The notes under the pieces were generated by a model, which worked only from the letters and a program-made list of their open reading frames with translations, made no database searches and was not told the DNA's origin. 14,164 nucleotides of DNA from Elusimicrobiota bacterium (GTDB lineage Bacteria; Elusimicrobiota; Elusimicrobia; UBA1565), in NCBI GenBank assembly GCA_043819795.1, contig JBDREN010000159.1, positions 1 through 14,164 on the forward strand. Reading direction: 5' to 3'. How positions within the stretch are numbered: the stretch's first letter is position 1; each line of letters begins with the position of its first letter. Shown one piece after another: positions 1 to 6,538 of the stretch. Both the position numbers and the translations under genes were made by a program.

Positions 1-2141
1 CCGCCGCCTTCGGTACCATGCGGCGTCGCGGAGTAGCCCTGGTCCATCATGTCGGCCAGCGGGGAACCTGGGGGGCTTAGGTTCGCGTCCACCCACATCT
101 CGGCCGAGCGCTGGTCGCCGGACGTGTTCATGACCACCAGGACTTCCTGCCCGTCGTGGACGCGGCTGAAAGCGTAGATGCCGGCGCCGTGCATGTCCGA
201 CCAGCGCACGTACTGGTCGCCGCGGCGGAGCGGGCTGAGCGACTTGCGCAGTCCCAGGAGCTTGCGCATCAGGCCGTACGCGGGAGAGCTCTTGTCGAAC
301 TTGTCACCCCGGGTGCTCTCCGACACGTACTGGCCCTCGGCGAACATGTCCTCGCGGTTGCGGGGGTCGGCCGGCCGAGACGGGCCTTCGGGCTCCATGG
401 TCTCGACCGCCTGCCGGAAGGCCTGCTCGGTGCCGTAGTAGACCATGGGCATCCCCGTCGAGAAAAGCAGGTACGCCAGGGCCACCTTGAGCATCGCGAA
501 CGGCGTGCTCGTCCTCATGAAGCGGTACGTGTCGTGGTTGTCGATGAAGCGCAAAAGTCCGTTGGCGAGGCCGCCGTAGGCCTCCTTGTTGCGGCTCAGG
601 CTCTCCTCCAGATTCTTGGTCGGGGCCTTGCCGTGGACCGCCGCGTTGTCCGCACGGTAGGCGGGATAATTGAACGCGCTGTCGAGCTTGCCGGGGCCCA
701 CGTGCGGCGCGACGTCCCCGTCCCACCCGGCCGAGATCTCGCCCAGCATGAGGAAGTTCTTCTTGCCGAGCTTGCCCGCGTATTCCCGGACTTCCTTATG
801 GAAACGCGACCAGAAGCCGGGATGCACGTGCCGGTAGGCGTCCAGGCGGAAGCCGTCGAGGTCGGCCTCCTTGATCCACCACTGCGAGATCTGGATCAGC
901 AATTTCTGGGTCTCGGGGTTCTCGAAATTGAAGTGGCGCAGGTCCGGGGGGAAGTCGCCGCGCAGGGCCTGGTCCGCGTCGTCCCAGTTGTTGATGACGC
1001 CGCGCCTGTAGAAATGCTCTTCCTTGGCCAGCTCCCGCGGCCTAAGCTTCTTGAGCCAGCGGATGATCTTCGGCGGGCCCTTGGCTCTCCAGCCGGGGCC
1101 GTCGTCGTACTTGAATACCTTGCCCACGTGGTTGATCACCAGGTCGAAGACGATCCGCATGCCCCGCTTGTGGGCCTCGCGGACAAGCTCCTTGAACTCG
1201 TCCATGGTCCCGAAATGGGGATCCACGGCCATCGCGTTTAGTGGCCAGTAGCCGTGATAGCCGCCCGGATTATTGAACACCACGGGGGTCATGAGTATCG
1301 TGGTGAAGCCCGCCTCCTGGATATAGTCCAGCTTGTCCATCACGCCCTTGATGTTGCCCCCGTGCCATGTGTGCCCGTTCTGCGGGTCGCCGTAGGGGCG
1401 AGCCCCCTTTCCACGGGAGAAGCGGTCGATCATGAGGGCGTAGATCGTCTGGTCGCGCCAGTCCTCGGGGGAAGGCGTGTACTCGCGATCCTTGGGGACC
1501 TCGAGCGAGACGTCGGCCAAAGCCTCCGGAGCGTCGGCCGGGGGCTCCACCGGCTCGTCCCACTCCTCGGGGGGCCGGTACTCGTCCGATCCGTCGAAGG
1601 TCCGGTTCAAGGACGGGGAAGCGTTCTCGGGGCCGCGCGCGAGGGCCCGGGCCAGGCCGCTCAGGCGCGCGAACAGGCCGGTGCGCGTCGAACGCGCGGG
1701 GGCGGCCGCGAGCCCGCGGGGGGCGGCGTTCGGGGCGGCGCTCGCCGCGCCGCTTTCCGTCCGGATAAGAGAGGCTTTCGACTGGACGCGGACCGCGGGT
1801 CCGGCGTTTTCGGAAAGCGCCGCGCCCGAAGCGCCGGCGGCCGGCGCCACGCGCGACGTGCGAGCAAGCCCGCGGACTACCGGCAGGCCGCCGGGCGTCG
1901 GCAGCGCGCTGCCGAGGCCGGTCAGGCCCGCCGAGGGATGGAGGGCGAAGCTGCCCGGAGAAACCGCGGAGACGCCGGATGCGGCGCTCCCGGCGGCGCC
2001 CGCGCCCTGGGACGCGGCGGCCCCCTGGGAGGCGGCCAAGCCGGCCACGGTCTGGGCGACCGCGACCCCCTGCTGGGCGACAAGCAGGGACGCCGAGAGC
2101 GTTACGGCAAGCGCCTTGCGCAGAGTGGGAAGCGCCATCAT
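1..2141 (-). CDS. Secreted GH13 (alpha-amylase family) glycoside hydrolase with a long N-terminal low-complexity leader; 3' end lies outside the window
   Basis: Not in the ORF track because it runs off the edge; translated by hand. It reads MMALPTLRKALAVTLSASLLVAQQG, an Ala/Gly/Ser linker, then DWRDQTIYALMIDRF...WHGGNIKGVMDKLDYIQ...YHGYW...DPHFGT. GH13 conserved regions are present: DLVINH, GFRLDAYRH (nucleophile Asp codon 840-842), GEI (Glu 738-740), FIDNHD (Asp 531-533), GMPMVYYGTEQ. Alternative in-frame ATGs at 2165, 2159 and 2138. Confidence 0.93.
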   Translation of the reverse strand, partial: MMALPTLRKALAVTLSASLLVAQQGVAVAQTVAGLAASQGAAASQGAGAAGSAASGVSAVSPGSFALHPSAGLTGLGSALPTPGGLPVVRGLARTSRVAPAAGASGAALSENAGPAVRVQSKASLIRTESGAASAAPNAAPRGLAAAPARSTRTGLFARLSGLARALARGPENASPSLNRTFDGSDEYRPPEEWDEPVEPPADAPEALADVSLEVPKDREYTPSPEDWRDQTIYALMIDRFSRGKGARPYGDPQNGHTWHGGNIKGVMDKLDYIQEAGFTTILMTPVVFNNPGGYHGYWPLNAMAVDPHFGTMDEFKELVREAHKRGMRIVFDLVINHVGKVFKYDDGPGWRAKGPPKIIRWLKKLRPRELAKEEHFYRRGVINNWDDADQALRGDFPPDLRHFNFENPETQKLLIQISQWWIKEADLDGFRLDAYRHVHPGFWSRFHKEVREYAGKLGKKNFLMLGEISAGWDGDVAPHVGPGKLDSAFNYPAYRADNAAVHGKAPTKNLEESLSRNKEAYGGLANGLLRFIDNHDTYRFMRTSTPFAMLKVALAYLLFSTGMPMVYYGTEQAFRQAVETMEPEGPSRPADPRNREDMFAEGQYVSESTRGDKFDKSSPAYGLMRKLLGLRKSLSPLRRGDQYVRWSDMHGAGIYAFSRVHDGQEVLVVMNTSGDQRSAEMWVDANLSPPGSPLADMMDQGYSATPHGTEGG

Positions 2142-2225
2142 TCTATTGTTAACGGACATCTTCATGTACGCATGGGCCCTGGAGGCAGCCGGCGTCGGCC
2201 AATCGGCCCAGCCTTTTTTAGGCAC

Positions 2226-4064
2226 TTAGGCGGCCCCCCCCGCCTTCGGCGTCTTGCCCATCCCGGTCAGCACGCGCCAGACCCATTTGGCGATGACGAC
2301 GACCGGCTTGAAGAGCGGGTTGTTCAGCAGGGCTTTGAGCGCCTGCTTGAGGGGATCCTCCTCGGGGCCCGGCTTCACGGGATACATGCCCTGGAACTCG
2401 CCGGTGGCGGCGATGTGCTCGTCCGCTACGTAGACGGTGGGCCGCCTCTTCGCCTTGCGGCTCACCAGGTAGATCGAGAAGTCGAGGACCTGCTGGATCC
2501 CGAAGAGCACCCAAAAGGCGCCCATCGAGCCCGTGCCGAAGAACGTCCCGCCCAGGCAGAAGAACAGGTCGCGCATCTGCTGCACGATGGAGCGGCCCCA
2601 CCGCGGGATGCGGCCCTTGTCGTAGAGCCCGTTGAGCCCCTGATATCCCAAGGTGCCGAAGAAGGTGCCGAAGAGGGTGGCCACGCCTATGTCGCGCCAG
2701 TAGCTCGGGGCCCACGGCGGGATGGTCCCCGCGATGACGGCCCAGGTGATGATCCGGAAGATCGCTCCCGTTCCCTGGACGTAGAAGATGTTGAAGACGG
2801 TCTGGTATTGGATGCCTCGCTGCTTCCCGATGTTGTTCTGGAAGTTCGCCCAGGTGTTGATCCAGATCCCGTGGAACACGTTCAATGCCAGCGACGCTGC
2901 GAAGGCTGCGGCGAACGCGCCGGGATGCAGGGGAAGGAACGTCTTGCTCCACCAGATTACGCCAAGGGCCATGGCCGGCCCCTTGGACGCGATCCCGCCG
3001 ATCACCTCGCCCCACGTCGGCCTGGTGAGGGAAGCCGCCAGAGTGCGCAGAAGATAGGCCGCCTCCCGGACGGGAGAGGTCAGGGGGGCGATCACATAGC
3101 GCCAGAAGAAACCTCGCCGCTTGCCCTGCGCGGCCCCCGCGTCTTTACCGCCGGTATTCTCCGCCGAGGCCCCGGCTCGCTCCTCCTTGCGCTTCCAGTC
3201 GATCGGGATGTTCTCGACGTCTATCTTGGCGGTGAGGCCGTAGGACTCGAGCGTGCGGCGGAGCCCCTCCACGTCGGCCTCCTTCAGCCCGCCGTGAGGG
3301 CTCTGGCCGTTGATGACCACGCGGACGCGGCCGCGTTCGTTGAGGCTCTTGACGTACGCGGGATCGGACGCCAGCGCGTCCCGCAGGGACCGGAGGTCCG
3401 TGGAGACCGGGTCCTTCCCGTGCCGCGTCAGATACACCCGGATCTTGTCCGACGGGACCGCGGCGCGCTCGGACGAGACCGAGGCCTGGCCCCCGGAACG
3501 GGCGGCGCCGTCGAAGAACCGCCGCGACGAAGCGGCTTGCGCGGAAACCGGCGCCAGGCGGCCGAGACTGTCGAAAACGGGTTTGATGCCGGACCGAGAC
3601 GGGGCCGCCGCCGACGCCGACTGCCCCGAAGGCTCGCCGGCGACGGGGGCATGGGCGTTCCGAGGCGCGGCCTGGCCTGATGAAGCGGCCCCCTCAACGC
3701 CGGACGCCGGAACGCCGGACGCCGGCGCGGGATCGGCCGCGGCCCGCGACGCGGCCGAAGCGGCCGCCGGAAGCGAGCGGCCGGCCGCCGCCGCGGGCCG
3801 AAGCGACGGCAGGGAAGGCAGGGCGCTGTTGAGCGACGAAAGCCCGGCGCCGGGCGAAATGGACCGCGCGGAGGTTCCCGCCGGGGAAAGCCCGGCCGCC
3901 GAGCTCCCCGCCGAGCCCAACTGCCCCAGCGAAACGGACACGCTCTGCGATACGGGCGCGACCCCGGCCCAGGCGCTCAATGCCGAGAACCCCGGCTGTG
4001 CGACGAGCAGGGACCCGCTCAACAGAACGGCTAGAGGCCTACGAAACATGAGCCACAGCTTCAT
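2226..4064 (-). CDS. Hypothetical membrane protein: signal peptide, Ala/Ser-rich linker, small soluble domain, polytopic C-terminal membrane domain
   Basis: 612-aa ORF. N-terminus MKLWLMFRRPLAVLLSGSLLVAQPG is signal-peptide-like. The C-terminal half has several hydrophobic segments (e.g. AIFRIITWAVIAG, IGVATLFGTFFGTLG, MGAFWVLFGI). A perfect TATAAT lies upstream. Confidence 0.85.
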   Translation of the reverse strand: MKLWLMFRRPLAVLLSGSLLVAQPGFSALSAWAGVAPVSQSVSVSLGQLGSAGSSAAGLSPAGTSARSISPGAGLSSLNSALPSLPSLRPAAAAGRSLPAAASAASRAAADPAPASGVPASGVEGAASSGQAAPRNAHAPVAGEPSGQSASAAAPSRSGIKPVFDSLGRLAPVSAQAASSRRFFDGAARSGGQASVSSERAAVPSDKIRVYLTRHGKDPVSTDLRSLRDALASDPAYVKSLNERGRVRVVINGQSPHGGLKEADVEGLRRTLESYGLTAKIDVENIPIDWKRKEERAGASAENTGGKDAGAAQGKRRGFFWRYVIAPLTSPVREAAYLLRTLAASLTRPTWGEVIGGIASKGPAMALGVIWWSKTFLPLHPGAFAAAFAASLALNVFHGIWINTWANFQNNIGKQRGIQYQTVFNIFYVQGTGAIFRIITWAVIAGTIPPWAPSYWRDIGVATLFGTFFGTLGYQGLNGLYDKGRIPRWGRSIVQQMRDLFFCLGGTFFGTGSMGAFWVLFGIQQVLDFSIYLVSRKAKRRPTVYVADEHIAATGEFQGMYPVKPGPEEDPLKQALKALLNNPLFKPVVVIAKWVWRVLTGMGKTPKAGGAA

Positions 4065-4073
4065 ATATACTCA

Positions 4074-4168
4074 ATGGGTCGTTACTAAATTATAGGCCGC
4101 GACCCATGCCGGCACATGGGCCAAGCAGGGAACGGATCGGAGGCAATGGACCCATCCGAGAATGGGCC
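4074..4168. repeat. Cluster of five ATGGG(C/T)C heptamers in alternating orientation in an intergenic spacer
   Basis: ATGGGTC 4074-4080, GACCCAT 4101-4107, ATGGGCC 4116-4122, GACCCAT 4149-4155, ATGGGCC 4162-4168. Confidence 0.7.
4089..4094 (-). promoter_or_regulatory. Putative sigma70 -10 element (TATAAT) for the 4064 gene
   Basis: Perfect TATAAT on the - strand in an AT-rich patch, 24 nt upstream of the ATG. No good -35 seen. Confidence 0.55.
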
Positions 4169-4181
4169 CTCGGTTCGAAGC

Positions 4182-5573
4182 TTACAGGCGGCTGGATCGG
4201 CGGGGTTCGGCCCCCGGATGCCCTTTTCCCGGATGCTCCGCGGGCCGGCGGAGCTGAACGCGCTGGGCGACCGTCAGGTCCCGGAACCCGCCACGGGGCA
4301 GCTTGCGCAGCCAGATGTCGCCGTAGAGGCCGCTGGAGCCGTCGAAGCGGGTGAAGGCCGCTCCATCCCGGTGGACGACATCGTTGCCGCGGCCGTCGAA
4401 ATTCTCGACGAGGTAGACGTCTCCCCGGGAAAGGGCGATCTCGCGGATGCCGGCGTCCTCGAGCGTGACGAGCTCGCCGTTGAGCCCCCCGAGCCTCACC
4501 ATCAAGCCGTAATGCCGCTCGAGATCGTACAGGGCCAGCGGCGACAGGACGCCATGGACTAGCTCCTCGCGCGCGATCAGACCGTCTTCCGCGGCCCTCT
4601 CGGCCAGGGCGCGGAGCGCGGCGAACCCGTCCCGGTGACCGTCGCGCTCGCCGTCGCCGTCTATGTCCGTGACCTCGCCGAAGATCTCCATACCGTCCTC
4701 GCCCGGCACGCCGTCGGCGTCGGCGTCGAAGACGAGGATCGCGTCCCTGGCGGATACATCGGTGACCGATTCCCGCCACCCGTCGCCGTCTATGTCGAAC
4801 CAGACCCTCCTGCGGAGCGTCCGCACCCCGTCCCCGTCGAGATCGAACACCAATGGATCGGCCGTGCGCGCGCGCTGCTCCGGGAACTTGCCGTAGGCAG
4901 TCAGGAGCCCGAAAGCCCGCCGTTCCTCGCGCGAACCGCTGGACCAGGCGCTGACGCGCATGCTCGCTTCGGGTGAAAGGTCCCCTATCCGCCGCACATC
5001 CCGGAGATCCCTCCGGTCCAAGCCGCTCATGCGCAAAGACGCGTCAAGACCGCGGCCCGGCCCAGCTCCGAGAGACGACCGCGCCGTCCCGGCGGATTGC
5101 GCGGTTCCCCTCCGCCCTCCCGGCCACCCGAAGTACGGCTGGATCCGGATGCGGTCGCCCCGCGATGGATCGTCCCAGGGGATACCGAGTCCGGCGACGC
5201 GGCCGGCGGTATCCCCCGAAGGCCTCGGCGGGAAAAGACCGTCGGCGGCGGCATTCGCGGAGCCGCCGTTCAAGCGCGCAAATACGGCCTTGCCCGCGCC
5301 CAGGACGGCGCCGAAGCCCCTGCGAAGCGGCCCAAGCAAACGGGACGTCAAGGAAGGCCCCGAGGGCGAGGGCTGCTCCCGTGCATCCTTCCGGGCCGGC
5401 ACGCGGCCCGGGAGCCTGGAGAGCGGCAAGGGCGCTCCCATGAAGGGCGGGAGCATCCTTCCGGCCGCGGACGGGCTCATGAGAGGGGCGGCGTGAAACG
5501 CCGCCAGGTCGTAGGCGGCGAGAGAGAGTACCAGGGCCCCGGCGAGGAGCTTCTTCAGGCGCTTGAGTCTCAT
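4182..5573 (-). CDS. Exported protein with a C-terminal FrpC-like Ca2+-dependent self-processing (Asp-Pro) module
   Basis: Start placed at 5573 (AGGAGG 11 nt upstream), giving signal-like MRLKRLKKLLAGALVLSLAA. The C-terminal part reads DPLVFDLDGDG...FDIDGDG...DAILVFDADADG...EIFG...DGFAAL...ELVTLEDAGIREIAL...GN...FTRFDGSSGLYGDIWL, collinear with the FrpC self-processing module as recalled. The track start at 5600 is an alternative. Confidence 0.8.
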   Translation of the reverse strand: MRLKRLKKLLAGALVLSLAAYDLAAFHAAPLMSPSAAGRMLPPFMGAPLPLSRLPGRVPARKDAREQPSPSGPSLTSRLLGPLRRGFGAVLGAGKAVFARLNGGSANAAADGLFPPRPSGDTAGRVAGLGIPWDDPSRGDRIRIQPYFGWPGGRRGTAQSAGTARSSLGAGPGRGLDASLRMSGLDRRDLRDVRRIGDLSPEASMRVSAWSSGSREERRAFGLLTAYGKFPEQRARTADPLVFDLDGDGVRTLRRRVWFDIDGDGWRESVTDVSARDAILVFDADADGVPGEDGMEIFGEVTDIDGDGERDGHRDGFAALRALAERAAEDGLIAREELVHGVLSPLALYDLERHYGLMVRLGGLNGELVTLEDAGIREIALSRGDVYLVENFDGRGNDVVHRDGAAFTRFDGSSGLYGDIWLRKLPRGGFRDLTVAQRVQLRRPAEHPGKGHPGAEPRRSSRL

Positions 5574-5690
5574 GGGCCGATTTTCCTCCTTCATCGGCAT
5601 CGTAGCCCATGAGCGTGTCGCCGCTGTTGCGGGCAGGTAAAACTAGGGTAACGTGACTGATTGGTGGAGGGGGAGGACCTGCCGCCTTCT

Positions 5691-6065
5691 TCAGCCGGCC
5701 TTCGCCGACCCGACGACCTTTCCGACGGTCTCGACCAGCGGGTCCAGCCCCATCGTCTTGGCGCAGTAGCCGTCCGCTCCCGCCTCGGCCGCCTTCTCCG
5801 GGTCCAGGGCGTCGACGAAGCCGGTCACGATGACGATCCATGGAGCCTCACGGCCCCGGGCCTCCTTGATCCGGCGGCAGGCCTCGAAGCCGTTGATGCC
5901 CGGCAGAACGGTGTCCATGACCACTACATCGGGCCGCTCGAGCCCGGCTTGGCTCACGCCCTCCTCGCCGGTCAAGGCCGTGACCACCTCGTAGCCTTCC
6001 TTCTCGAACTTCCTCATCAACAGGATGTTAGCCGCGTGGCTGTCGTCGACGATCAATATCTTCAT
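5691..6065 (-). CDS. Single-domain (CheY-like) response regulator receiver
   Basis: 124 aa. KILIVDD acidic pocket, PDVVVMD phospho-acceptor Asp, PGING loop, IVIVTG Thr, GADGYCAK Lys. No output domain. Confidence 0.93.
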   Translation of the reverse strand: MKILIVDDSHAANILLMRKFEKEGYEVVTALTGEEGVSQAGLERPDVVVMDTVLPGINGFEACRRIKEARGREAPWIVIVTGFVDALDPEKAAEAGADGYCAKTMGLDPLVETVGKVVGSAKAG

Positions 6066-6079
6066 GGAAGCACCTTCCC

Positions 6080-6237
6080 CTATATGGCGGCCCGGCTCAT
6101 ACCGAAAACGGCCGATGTCTCGCCGTCCTGCCCGATGGTCCCGCCTCCAGCGCTCTTGACGGCGCGCAGCCCCTCGAACCCATCGTCCCCATGCCGGCCA
6201 GGATCACCTCAAGGGCCCCCGGGCCGAACGCCGCAAT
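6080..6237 (-). pseudogene. cheB: Frameshifted C-terminal remnant of a CheB-type methylesterase
   Basis: One frame gives IAAFGPGALEVILAGMG. After a shift in the G run at ~6187-6190, a second frame gives DDGFEGLRAVKSAGGGTIGQDGETSAVFGMSRAAI-stop (TAG 6080-6082). This matches the CheB motif GVILTGMGxDGxxGLxxIKxxGGxTIAQDxxTSxVxGMPxAAI. No N-terminal catalytic Ser/His motifs were found upstream. Confidence 0.8.
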
Positions 6238-6453
6238 CCCCCGCTCTATTGCGCGGGCGCCGGGGAGGGACCCCCGCGCCCGTCCGCGCCTTCAGTATGG
6301 CCGGCGGCGTTCACACCGCCCTCATTGGTTGTTCAAATATTCCTCAACTCCCCCGCGCGGCTTCAATTCAAGGAAAAGCCGGTTCGGATGCTCCCGGATT
6401 AAAAAAATACCTTATGAGATTGAGTTTTTTAAATCAGCCGAGTGGAGGTACGG

Positions 6454-6533
6454 CCAAGAGTTACTCAAAATAGCGGATAGCGGTGCCTGGCACCGAATCC
6501 GCCGGATGTTTGAGTAACTTGGTGCCTGACGCC
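6454..6533. repeat. Nested inverted-repeat (REP/MITE-like) element with two GGTGCCTGRCRCC palindromes
   Basis: AGTTACTCAAA (6459-6469) pairs perfectly with TTTGAGTAACT (6509-6519). GCGGAT (6473-6478) pairs with ATCCGC (6497-6502). Central palindrome CGGTGCCTGGCACCG at 6481-6495; second copy GGTGCCTGACGCC at 6521-6533. Confidence 0.7.
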
Positions 6534-6538
6534 TAGAG

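Noticed and set aside
2211..2223. GCCT-TTTTT-AGGC as a terminator (also GGGCGAGCCC near 10426-10435)
   Set aside because: The stems are only about 4 bp and lack a properly placed U-tract.
3417..3446. KIRVYLTRHG resembles the histidine phosphatase RHG motif
   Set aside because: The soluble segment is too short and the other catalytic motifs are not visible. It would need an HMM hit to be credible.
156..3680. Long + strand ORFs 156..1241, 1254..3680, 1477..2229 (and similar ones such as 8184..9434, 5661..6473, 7742..8461)
   Set aside because: They are antisense shadows of well-supported - strand genes. Such ORFs are expected at high GC and show no recognisable motifs.
4182..5573. Calling the DxDGDG-rich protein an RTX toxin/hemolysin or VCBS repeat protein
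   Set aside because: There is no GGxGxD nonapeptide array, pore-forming region or regular repeat spacing. The loops fit a single self-processing module.
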